DNA of 63,569 nt, taken from NCBI GenBank assembly GCA_964561875.1, contig CAZLQL010000001.1, forward strand, positions 5,191-68,759, given 5' to 3'. Source of the stretch: an uncultured Candidatus Saccharibacteria bacterium (GTDB taxonomy: Bacteria > Patescibacteriota > Minisyncoccia > Phycocordibacterales > PALSA-1337). Shown here one piece after another: positions 56,946 through 63,569 of this stretch (its first letter is position 1; each line of letters begins with the position of its first letter). Below the pieces are notes generated by a model. That model was not told where the DNA came from, searched no databases, and saw nothing but the letters and a program-made list of their open reading frames with translations. The translations under genes and the position numbers were made by a program.

Positions 56946-57493
56946 AAATAGGACACAAACATTATGTACTTATAGTTATCGCTTTACTTACTTTTATAGT
57001 ATCTGGTTTTAGCTATTACATTTTATATAGAAATATTAGTATTCAATATGATTCTACAAGGAAAGCATTTGCAGAATTGATCCATCAAAAGGATATAAAA
57101 AATAATGAAGAAAAACTTTCTGATTTATACAATAAATCAGAAAAAGATAGAGGTAGAATATCAAATCTAGTTATTTCTCAAGATCAGATAGTAAATTTTA
57201 TAGAATATATAGAAAAGATAGGAGATAATACTGGAGTAAGTATATCAATATCAGATATAAGTTCAGAAAATATAAAAGATAAAGGTGGTGATATGTTGCG
57301 TGCAAGAGTTACAGCAAATGGTACTTGGGCTTCAATAATGAAAACACTGATTGGTATTGAAAATATGCCATATGCTGTTCTCATAAATGATTTGAGAATA
57401 AGTACTGGTGGAGGAGAGGTTTCCGTACCAACAAAATCTAGTACAAATAGATGGTCGATAAGCTTAACCATAAGAGTTTTGGCAAATAAATAA
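56942..57493 (+). CDS. pilO: PilO-like bitopic membrane protein
   Basis: N-terminal TM, coiled-coil and ferredoxin-like C-terminus. Position; ATGA overlap. Confidence 0.55.
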   Translation: MKIGHKHYVLIVIALLTFIVSGFSYYILYRNISIQYDSTRKAFAELIHQKDIKNNEEKLSDLYNKSEKDRGRISNLVISQDQIVNFIEYIEKIGDNTGVSISISDISSENIKDKGGDMLRARVTANGTWASIMKTLIGIENMPYAVLINDLRISTGGGEVSVPTKSSTNRWSISLTIRVLANK

Positions 57494-57494
57494 T

Positions 57495-57812
57495 ATGAAT
57501 ACAAAAGAAATACATTTACCAAATTTTGGTATAAAGAAATCTATAAGAGAAATAAGTAGAAATGCTAGAGTGGATTGGGTTATTATTTGTCTCATTAGCA
57601 TAATCACGATAGTGGTACTTGTAACTATTGCTGTACATATATATTTTGATATGACAGCAGGTGAATTTGCCGAACATAATATGAATATGTCATCAGAGAA
57701 AACGCTAAACTTGGATGATTTTTCTAGTGTAGTTAAAACATTAAATGATAGGGAAGAATCTGTATTGAGAGTTAGATCTTCCTACAACGGTTTGCGAGAT
57801 CCGTCTATATAG
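57495..57812 (+). CDS. Small bitopic membrane protein, last gene of the pilMNO operon
   Basis: 105 aa, one TM; start 1 nt after the pilO-like stop. Confidence 0.5.
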   Translation: MNTKEIHLPNFGIKKSIREISRNARVDWVIICLISIITIVVLVTIAVHIYFDMTAGEFAEHNMNMSSEKTLNLDDFSSVVKTLNDREESVLRVRSSYNGLRDPSI

Positions 57813-57843
57813 GTTATATTCTATCTGTTAGATATATGTATAT

Positions 57844-57918
57844 GCCTTCGTAGTTCAATGGATAGAACAGAGCTCTTCTAAGGCTTTGATGTAGGTTCGA
57901 TTCCTACCGAAGGCACCA
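57844..57918 (+). tRNA. tRNA-Arg(TCT), CCA encoded
   Basis: Acceptor GCCTTCG/CGAAGGC, anticodon loop CTTCTAA, T-loop TTCGATT. Terminator hairpin follows. Confidence 0.85.
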
Positions 57919-58061
57919 AAACAAAAAGCACCAGTATAGCTGGTGTTTTTTGTATTATTATAAAATATCTATGCTTGTATATATCAATATCTTAAGTTAA
58001 TATCAAAAAAGAATTAGGGAGTATATGAATATGATCATGTGCTCAAAAGAGGAAAAACTGT

Positions 58062-58175
58062 ATGAGACAAAGTCATGGCAGGGTAGTGCCAGTGTATAAA
58101 CTGATCGGTCTAGTGATAGGATTTATACTTAGTGTTATTCTGTATTATTTACATAAATCTGGTTTAATCTTTTAA
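58062..58175 (+). CDS. Candidate 37-aa hydrophobic peptide (MRQSHGRVVPVYKLIGLVIGFILSVILYYLHKSGLIF)
   Basis: AGAGGA lies about 9 nt upstream. One TM helix flanked by basic residues. Too short for the supplied ORF track. Confidence 0.35.
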   Translation: MRQSHGRVVPVYKLIGLVIGFILSVILYYLHKSGLIF

Positions 58176-58232
58176 TATTTATTGAGGATATTGTGATTTT
58201 ATGCTAATTTAATACTAGAAAAAGGCTATATC

Positions 58233-58460
58233 ATGAATGTAAATAAAGAACTTTCCAAAAGAGTTGTTTTATCTCGTTACGGTCAAGAAACGGCAGATGT
58301 GTATGCTGGTTTGGTAAGTGAGGAGCCGGAGGTTATCCCGATGAGCACCGTGCTTTCCAAATTTGATCAAGCTCGCAGGGTAGTTCAATTTAGAAAACCA
58401 CTACCATCACCCACTATCGTACCATTCACTTCACGACTCGTTGACACAACTTTTCAGTAG
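58233..58460 (+). CDS. Hypothetical small protein (75 aa), G+C-richer ORFan
   Basis: AAAAGG SD-like sequence. Two hairpins downstream. Confidence 0.5.
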   Translation: MNVNKELSKRVVLSRYGQETADVYAGLVSEEPEVIPMSTVLSKFDQARRVVQFRKPLPSPTIVPFTSRLVDTTFQ

Positions 58461-58559
58461 TAGACAATGCATCAGTTGGCATCAGTTGATGCGTTAAATG
58501 AAGTTAAAAGATGAAACATGTTTCAAAAAGACCTTGTGTTCGCACAAGGCTTTTTAAAT

Positions 58560-58735
58560 AAAAAAACTTATCACGATGTGATGCGTGATAAGCCTACCAA
58601 TTTCTTGGTATTGCACATTACTAGTGATGTTCGAGCGGGTTTTTTTACCCTCCATTCCCAGCCTTACTTGGCGGTTCCTAGGGATGGCTAGATTTCAGTA
58701 TGAGTCTAATCCTCCAGCCAATCACAATCCATATA
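58560..58735 (-). ncRNA. Candidate minus-strand sRNA (about 170 nt) upstream of tRNA-Val (family unknown)
   Basis: Strong minus-strand intrinsic terminator: 9-bp stem CTTATCACG/CGTGATAAG (58567-58575 with 58584-58592) followed by U7 (rc of 58560-58566). Internal helices include a CCAA-GAAA-TTGG tetraloop hairpin and GGGT-A7-ACCC. The plus-strand ORF 58585-58782 has no SD. Confidence 0.3.
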
Positions 58736-58808
58736 ATTTATATCATAAAAATTTAATTATTTTAAATTATCTTGAATTTTAACTATATTTAGTGTATAAA
58801 TTAGACAC

Positions 58809-58881
58809 GCGCCCTTAGCTCAGTTGGTAGAGCAGCCCCTTTACACGGGGAAGGTCAGGAGTTCAAGTCTCTTAGGGCGCA
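58809..58881 (+). tRNA. tRNA-Val(TAC), CCA not encoded
   Basis: Acceptor GCGCCCT/AGGGCGC, D-arm GCTC-AGTTGGTA-GAGC, anticodon loop TTTACAC, T-loop TTCAAGT. Confidence 0.8.
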
Positions 58882-58910
58882 CAGAAATTCTTAATGTTAG
58901 AGTTTTAATT

Positions 58911-59675
58911 ATGGATTTGGAATTAAATAAAAAAATAAAAATCCTTTACGAGGACAATGATATTATCGCTATAAACAAACCTGCAGGTTTGGTTGTTCAT
59001 AGTGATGGTAGAACAAAAGAGCCTAGTTTAGTAGATTGGATTGAAGCAAACTATCCTGATACAAAAGGGGTTGGTGAACCTACGGTTATGACATCAGGGG
59101 AGACTATAGAACGTTCTGGAATAGTACACAGACTTGATAGAGAGACTTCTGGAGTTATGCTTATTGCAAAAACCCAAAAAGGTCACGAATATTTGAAGAA
59201 ACAATTTCAAGATAGAACAATAAGAAAAAAATATTTAACTTTTATACATGGTGATTTGAAAGATGATTTTGGAATAATAAAAAAACCAATAGGAAAGAGT
59301 CCTGCAGACTTTAGAAAGTGGTCAGCTACACGTGGGGCAAAAGGAGAGATGAGAGAGGCTGAAACATGGTGGACTAGACTAGTATTTAAAGATAGATTCT
59401 CTCTACTTTTAGTTGAACCAAAAACAGGTAGAACACATCAGATCAGGGTTCATATGAAAGCGCTAAATCATCCTGTAGTTTCAGATAAACTTTATTCAAA
59501 AGAGAAGCCACAGGCACTAGGTTTTACTAGAACAGCACTACACGCTTGGTCTATTACTTTTATGAATTGTGACGATAAAAAGACAACGGTTGTAGCACCT
59601 ATACCAGATGATTTTCATAATGCAATAAAAGAGTTAAATATAGAAGATATTGCTAAAAAAGAAGGTATATGTTAA
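58911..59675 (+). CDS. RluA-family pseudouridine synthase (no S4 domain)
   Basis: HRLDRETSGVMLIAK, GRTHQIRVH. The ORF-track start 58824 lies inside tRNA-Val, so ATG 58911 is used. Confidence 0.85.
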   Translation: MDLELNKKIKILYEDNDIIAINKPAGLVVHSDGRTKEPSLVDWIEANYPDTKGVGEPTVMTSGETIERSGIVHRLDRETSGVMLIAKTQKGHEYLKKQFQDRTIRKKYLTFIHGDLKDDFGIIKKPIGKSPADFRKWSATRGAKGEMREAETWWTRLVFKDRFSLLLVEPKTGRTHQIRVHMKALNHPVVSDKLYSKEKPQALGFTRTALHAWSITFMNCDDKKTTVVAPIPDDFHNAIKELNIEDIAKKEGIC

Positions 59676-59687
59676 TTTAGTCTTACT

Positions 59688-60122
59688 ATGTCAGTAAAAA
59701 ATAATACTATAACACCAGCAAATACAGAGGAGAGATCAAAGCTTGATATGAGAGCAGGTGATACTGTTCGTGTATGGCAGAAGGTAAAAGAAAAGGATAA
59801 GACACGTCTACAGGCTTTCGAAGGTCTAGTTCTAGCAAGAAAGCATGGTACACAGTCTGGTGCTACATTTACAGTAAGAAAGGTTATGGATGGAGTAGGG
59901 GTAGAGAGAATTTTCCCACTATATTCACCTATGATAGATAAGATAGAATTGATACGTCGCGCAAAAGTTCGTCGTTCAAAACTATATTTCGTTCGTGAAA
60001 AAGCTACAAAAGAAATCCGTCGCCAAATGAGAAGACTACTAGCTATTGAACCAGGACAAAATACAGATACAAAGATTGCAAAGACTGAAGAGGTAAAAGA
60101 TCATAGTGAAGCTCAAGGTTAA
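59688..60122 (+). CDS. rplS: 50S ribosomal protein L19 with a C-terminal extension
   Basis: [31 protein letters not shown]...TFTVRKV...[11 protein letters not shown]. Confidence 0.9.
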   Translation: MSVKNNTITPANTEERSKLDMRAGDTVRVWQKVKEKDKTRLQAFEGLVLARKHGTQSGATFTVRKVMDGVGVERIFPLYSPMIDKIELIRRAKVRRSKLYFVREKATKEIRRQMRRLLAIEPGQNTDTKIAKTEEVKDHSEAQG

Positions 60123-60217
60123 GAGCTCATCTTTGGTATTTAAATTAGATTTTAAAAATGAGCTCTGAACTGAGCTCATTTTGCGTAATAAATACGTAAA
60201 AATATAGAAAGGAAGTT

Positions 60218-60400
60218 ATGTTGTCTATAGTGAACGGTGATAGTGTTTTGAATGAAAGTTGTGAGGTTATCAAAATCCCTGAAGAAGGAATGGTCGGTTT
60301 TTTAAAAGGTGAAAAATGCACATTCTTTATTCAGTTTGGATGGGTAACCCCTGATGAACTTTTTAGATTGAGACAAATCGAACCAAGAATAGCTCCGTAG
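60218..60400 (+). CDS. Hypothetical small protein (60 aa)
   Basis: AAAGGAAG SD. Hairpin terminator AGTCACACTA/TAGTGTGACT downstream. Confidence 0.5.
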   Translation: MLSIVNGDSVLNESCEVIKIPEEGMVGFLKGEKCTFFIQFGWVTPDELFRLRQIEPRIAP

Positions 60401-60495
60401 AATTTCAATAACTTTCAATTAGCAAAAGTCACACTAGTAAAATAGTGTGACTATTTATTTGAGATATAATACATAATTAGATATATTGCATATAT

Positions 60496-60577
60496 GCCCA
60501 GGTGGCGAAATTGGTAGACGCATACCCTTGAGGTGGGTACGCCGTAAGGTGTGGAGGTTCGAGTCCTCTCTTGGGCA
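60496..60577 (+). tRNA. tRNA-Leu(GAG), long variable arm, CCA not encoded
   Basis: Acceptor GCCCAGG/CTTGGGC (one G-U), anticodon stem TACCC/GGGTA, loop TTGAGGT, T-loop TTCGAGT. Confidence 0.85.
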
Positions 60578-60601
60578 CAGAAATTCTTACATTATTCTAT
60601 A
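60565..60601 (+). repeat. 37-bp direct repeat, left copy (last 13 nt of tRNA-Leu plus 24 nt of trailer); attL-like
   Basis: CCTCTCTTGGGCACAGAAATTCTTACATTATTCTATA; identical to 61411-61447. Confidence 0.92.
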
Positions 60602-61410
60602 CGACTCACGAATTCGAGATGCTTCCGAAGCGCTCGGTCATGGAGCGAATCTGCGGATGTGTGATGCAATGTCGCAGATTGGCTGGGGAGTATGACCGAA
60701 CCGACTCGAGCGTGACAGCGTGGAGCCATGTTGCAATGATACATCCCATGCTCCGTCGATTGGAGTAACTCATGGAGACTCAAGAGCGTAATGACAGGCT
60801 TCCAAAACTCAAGAACGGCTTTCACCAGTATTCACGTGTGAAATGAGATTCTGTCGGAAAATTGACGCCAATTCAGCCGTCCTGTACTATCTAGATTAGA
60901 TGCGCGAGACCCAACGCCAATAAATTGGGCGCGGGCGGGCGAGGTGTAGGTCGTAGAAAGGGTTAAACTTCCCATTACTAGGGTGTGGGCAATGTTAGTA
61001 CTGCGCGCTCGTAAGGAATCAGCATAGGGAATGCATCTCGGCTCTGAGTATACTCCATCAAGTGCAATCGATTGTCTCGTGGATTGGGCTTACCAAAGTA
61101 TTGGCAAGTCTTAACACCAGACAATGTATGTATCATGACCACAGAACAAAATGTATCAGCATCGCCGCCTTGATTGGGCTCATACTCGCGATTCTTATCG
61201 TATTGGTGATAGATTGGTTGAACACTTAAGTAAGTACAAGGTTAGCCTGGGTGGCAGTGGGAACTCCTGTTGTCGCCCTTTTTGTTGGCAAATTGATTAA
61301 TGCGAGACCCATTGCGACAGCGCCGATACAAAGAAGGTCATTTGGAGAGAAGCGCACTTTCTAGTTCCGATGCAACTGGTCCTTAGACAAGCGTCGTTCT
61401 CAAACCCATC
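60602..61410. mobile_element. 809-bp G+C-rich, ORF-poor insert between the direct repeats: integrase-less miniature integrative element and/or large structured RNA locus
   Basis: Bounded by perfect 37-bp direct repeats at a tRNA 3' end. Composition differs visibly from the flanks. Contains only short mutually overlapping ORFs without SD. Numerous local helices. Confidence 0.5.
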
Positions 61411-61447
61411 CCTCTCTTGGGCACAGAAATTCTTACATTATTCTATA
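61411..61447 (+). repeat. 37-bp direct repeat, right copy; attR-like
   Basis: Perfect copy of 60565-60601. Not preceded by a tRNA-like T-arm. Confidence 0.92.
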
Positions 61448-61537
61448 AGGACTCGAAAGCCGGAGTTTTGTTTTACTCCTATACATATCTCAAAAATATG
61501 ATATAAATTAGTATGTCAATATATTTATTGGCAATAT

Positions 61538-61612
61538 GGTGGCTATAGTTTAGTGGTAAAACCTCGGTCTGTGGATCCGAAGTTGTGGGTTCGATTCCCA
61601 CTAGCCACCCCA
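61538..61612 (+). tRNA. tRNA-His(GTG) with encoded G-1 and CCA
   Basis: G-1 plus acceptor GTGGCTA/TAGCCAC, C73, anticodon loop CTGTGGA, T-loop TTCGATT. Confidence 0.85.
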
Positions 61613-61672
61613 AAAATAGATTTTCCCAATTTAGCTTTTGCTAGCTTGGTAAAATCAGTTCCAATCTAAAAT

Positions 61673-61882
61673 ATGAATAAAGAAACATTCGATAAACTAT
61701 CAGTAGATCATAAATGGACAGTTGTTCATGAATACACTGAATTATTAAAATCTGCTACACACAACAGGATGTCGTTGTTACCAGGGACTGCGGCTATTGC
61801 AGTAGGTCTATTGGTCATTACAACTTTTAGGCAGGACATATTGAGTCTAAGTTGGGATTATTTCTTTTTTCAGTCATTTTGA
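61673..61882 (+). CDS. Hypothetical small protein (69 aa, one TM)
   Basis: ORF only. Confidence 0.35.
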   Translation: MNKETFDKLSVDHKWTVVHEYTELLKSATHNRMSLLPGTAAIAVGLLVITTFRQDILSLSWDYFFFQSF

Positions 61883-61912
61883 TTTTTCATTTTTGGAAAA
61901 TATGCTAAATAT

Positions 61913-62332
61913 ATGAATCTAATTCAGAAAATAAAGGCTTTAGATTTACCCATTGGCAAATATATTGTTTTCGGCAGCTCTGTTATGGAAGTTCATGGAA
62001 TACGAAAAGCTAAAGATATTGATTTGATTGTTGATAAGGATGTATATAGAGAACTAAAAAATCGAGGCTGGAAAAGATATTGGTTTTTCAAAAGAGTTCT
62101 TACATGTAAGGCATTGAAGAAAGATGGGAATGAAGCATTCAGTCATATCAAATGGAAGACTTATCAAGTAGGAAATGATGAGCTGTTTAAAAAAGCAGAA
62201 ATAATAGACGGGGTTCCATTTATGGAAATTAATGAATATTTAAGATACAAAAGATGCCTTCCTCGACCGAAAGACAAAGCAGATGTTAAATTAATTGAAG
62301 CTTACTTAGCGTCAGGGAAGACAGGAATGTGA
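61913..62332 (+). CDS. Minimal nucleotidyltransferase-fold protein (MNT-like)
   Basis: FGSSVMEVHGIRKAKDIDLIV fits the G-S-x(10-12)-D-x-D motif. Confidence 0.55.
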   Translation: MNLIQKIKALDLPIGKYIVFGSSVMEVHGIRKAKDIDLIVDKDVYRELKNRGWKRYWFFKRVLTCKALKKDGNEAFSHIKWKTYQVGNDELFKKAEIIDGVPFMEINEYLRYKRCLPRPKDKADVKLIEAYLASGKTGM

Positions 62333-62349
62333 ATCATCGGATCATTTAA

Positions 62350-62390
62350 TTTCTCAAACACAGTTCTAACTTCCTCTACGACAGCACCCA
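62350..62390. repeat. 41-nt imperfect repeat, copy 1
   Basis: TTTCTCAAACACAGTTCTAACTTCCTCTACGACAGCACCCA versus 62845-62885. The 29-nt core is 24 of 29 identical. Confidence 0.7.
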
Positions 62391-62449
62391 TCAATATTTT
62401 TCTATATAACGCCCTTATTTCAAGGCCCATTTTCAGTTCCAGTTATCTA

Positions 62450-62479
62450 TTGACTTTTGTATATATTATGTGCTATAAT
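62450..62479 (+). promoter_or_regulatory. Consensus sigma70 promoter
   Basis: TTGACT (62450-62455), 18-nt spacer, TATAAT (62474-62479). ATG lies 8 nt downstream. The TATGTGCTATAAT block is shared with the promoter at 33367. Confidence 0.55.
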
Positions 62480-62487
62480 GCTACTGA

Positions 62488-62706
62488 ATGAAAGCTTGTA
62501 TTCGTTCTTCCAATGGTTCCGACGTACAGTCGGAAGTTATGTTAGCTCCAATCGACTCGAGAAGTATCCGCTTTGATAGGTGGCTACAAAGTCTCACTCC
62601 TGCACAACGTATTTTCGTCCACAGAGAAAATAGTTGTTCAGAAGGTGGGACCTATGGACCAGATGCGGATGACTTGCAGATTCCAGAGATTCCAGAATTG
62701 GAGTGA
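62488..62706 (+). CDS. Hypothetical small acidic protein (72 aa), G+C-richer ORFan
   Basis: ORF between a consensus promoter and hairpin AAACCACAT/ATGTGGTTT. Confidence 0.5.
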   Translation: MKACIRSSNGSDVQSEVMLAPIDSRSIRFDRWLQSLTPAQRIFVHRENSCSEGGTYGPDADDLQIPEIPELE

Positions 62707-62844
62707 AAAACAATTAACAAAAAGGTGTCATATTTTATGAGTGTCTATCGTTAAACCACATTACCGCAAGGGATGTGGTTTCCTTTTTTATAGTGAATTG
62801 AGATATAGGGTAAAAATAGAAATGTAGATCGTCGCGTCATTCCT

Positions 62845-62885
62845 TTTCTCGAAAATAGTTCTAACCTGCTCCACAACAGTACCCA
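62845..62885. repeat. 41-nt imperfect repeat, copy 2
   Basis: TTTCTCGAAAATAGTTCTAACCTGCTCCACAACAGTACCCA. Confidence 0.7.
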
Positions 62886-62889
62886 CAGT

Positions 62890-62919
62890 TTGACTATTAC
62901 AGTGTAAGTGTGGTAATAT
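62890..62919 (+). promoter_or_regulatory. Sigma70-type promoter
   Basis: TTGACT (62890-62895), 18-nt spacer, TAATAT (62914-62919). Confidence 0.45.
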
Positions 62920-63012
62920 TTTTTTGGATTAAATTCATCTGAGATAGCTAATACTGCTAACTCTGGCGTAATTATAGGCACTCACAAAGGCGTACCGACA
63001 GTACGGAGTTAA

Positions 63013-63513
63013 ATGAATTTATCAAACAGTACCATGAAAATAAACTTGTATTGCGACGTGTTGCTGGTACCTCCAGCTGTTCTAGTAAAAGCTGGAAAGG
63101 CGTGTGCTTACGTTGAACGTTTTATGAAAACGATCTCATTGCCGACACTCTTGGTTCCGGGTCAGACCTATTATATGAAATTTGATCTTGTAACTGGGGC
63201 TCCTGGCCCAACTGATTTTTCAGTCGTAGACTCGGGTGTTTTTGAAGATGGTGATAAACAGATCCCATATATAGTCTTGAAAGATGATTTTTGGCTGGCC
63301 TTCGACCCATGGTTTGAGTATGAGGCAACAATTGATCAGAAAAAGCGTTCTCAGGACGAACAGATTGCAATGTGGCGTAAGGAGGACGAAGCGGCACTTG
63401 AAAAGACGATACAGAGGTTTTCGCAAAATGGTTGGAAGATGTGTCACCTTGCGATGAGTGGACCAGTGCGGTCAAGTCCAAGTTTTGATGATTGTGTGCA
63501 TAATAGTAGGTGA
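63013..63513 (+). CDS. Hypothetical protein (166 aa), G+C-richer ORFan
   Basis: ACGGAG SD 4 nt before the ATG. Hairpin and T-run at the window end. Confidence 0.55.
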   Translation: MNLSNSTMKINLYCDVLLVPPAVLVKAGKACAYVERFMKTISLPTLLVPGQTYYMKFDLVTGAPGPTDFSVVDSGVFEDGDKQIPYIVLKDDFWLAFDPWFEYEATIDQKKRSQDEQIAMWRKEDEAALEKTIQRFSQNGWKMCHLAMSGPVRSSPSFDDCVHNSR

Positions 63514-63569
63514 GTAGATTTTTTAGTCAAAAGTCCCTAGGTAAAACTAGCGGGCTTTTTATTTATAAC

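Noticed and set aside
58585-58782. 65-aa plus-strand ORF
   Set aside because: It has a GTG start without an SD. It lies in a region better explained by a minus-strand transcript with a strong terminator.
58824-58910. Upstream extension of the pseudouridine synthase ORF
   Set aside because: It would start inside tRNA-Val. ATG 58911 gives a normal RluA-family N-terminus.
60486-60825. ORFs 60486-60695, 60571-60768 and 60592-60825(-)
   Set aside because: They overlap tRNA-Leu or each other inside the G+C-rich insert. They have no SD and no recognisable motifs.
61128-61229. 33-aa hydrophobic ORF inside the tRNA-Leu insert as a type I toxin
   Set aside because: The peptide is attractive (a single TM with a Trp near the C-terminus). 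However, it has no SD or promoter that I can see, and it sits in a helix-rich region. It is kept only as a note within the main finding.
62751-62981. 76-aa minus-strand ORF
   Set aside because: It runs antisense through the promoter and leader of the 63013 gene and across the 41-nt repeat in a frame that is not conserved between the repeat copies.
1-63569. CRISPR arrays, cas genes, reverse transcriptase (DGR or retron), transposase/IS, integrase
   Set aside because: I found no regularly spaced short repeats. None of the translated ORFs shows RT (YxDD), DDE/HUH transposase or tyrosine/serine recombinase motifs.
1-63569. Alternative genetic code (for example UGA reassignment) as the explanation for the ORF-free G+C-rich stretches
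   Set aside because: Housekeeping genes are intact under the standard code, and TGA is used as a stop (for example 56395-56397, 20393-20395, 62330-62332).

Overview
AT-rich, gene-dense chromosomal segment that reads like a small-genome bacterium, probably Patescibacteria/CPR-type. That placement is my inference from gene content and composition; no search was run. The backbone is housekeeping: pyrG, gltX, trpS, folD, polA, a holA-like gene, tsaE, ruvA, ruvX, mutM, rpsT, rplS, a murE-like ligase, a cell-wall amidase, pilMNO, several ABC exporters, a MacAB-like pump, and a histidine kinase with a tandem-REC regulator. There are 8 tRNA genes. I saw no rRNA, CRISPR array, transposase, integrase or reverse transcriptase. 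All G+C statements are by eye, not computed. Main observations: (1) About a dozen visibly G+C-richer ORFan cassettes sit among the core genes, often next to tRNA genes, mostly with their own TTGACT-N17/18-TATAAT promoter, Shine-Dalgarno site and hairpin terminator. (2) An 846-bp G+C-rich, ORF-free insert sits at the 3' end of tRNA-Leu(GAG), bounded by perfect 37-bp direct repeats. It is either an integrase-less miniature integrative element, a large structured RNA, or both. (3) A tRNA-Gln-adjacent island (3034-6745) carries a type II R-M pair (Dcm-type methyltransferase plus a small PD-(D/E)XK nuclease) and four uncharacterised genes, one with an Rx4H HEPN-like motif. This is the best candidate for an undescribed defence module. 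(4) Many core genes have a -10 hexamer exactly 6 nt upstream of the ATG, implying leaderless mRNAs. Three further genes start 1-3 nt after a tRNA 3' end (tRNA punctuation). Most G+C-rich cassettes use classical SD leaders instead. (5) Two cassettes are bracketed by duplicated terminator-containing repeats of 49 bp and about 44 bp. (6) There are two candidate minus-strand sRNAs in G+C-rich spacers next to tRNAs. (7) Three frameshifts occur at homopolymer runs. All functional calls for ORFans are hypotheses that need homology or structure searches.
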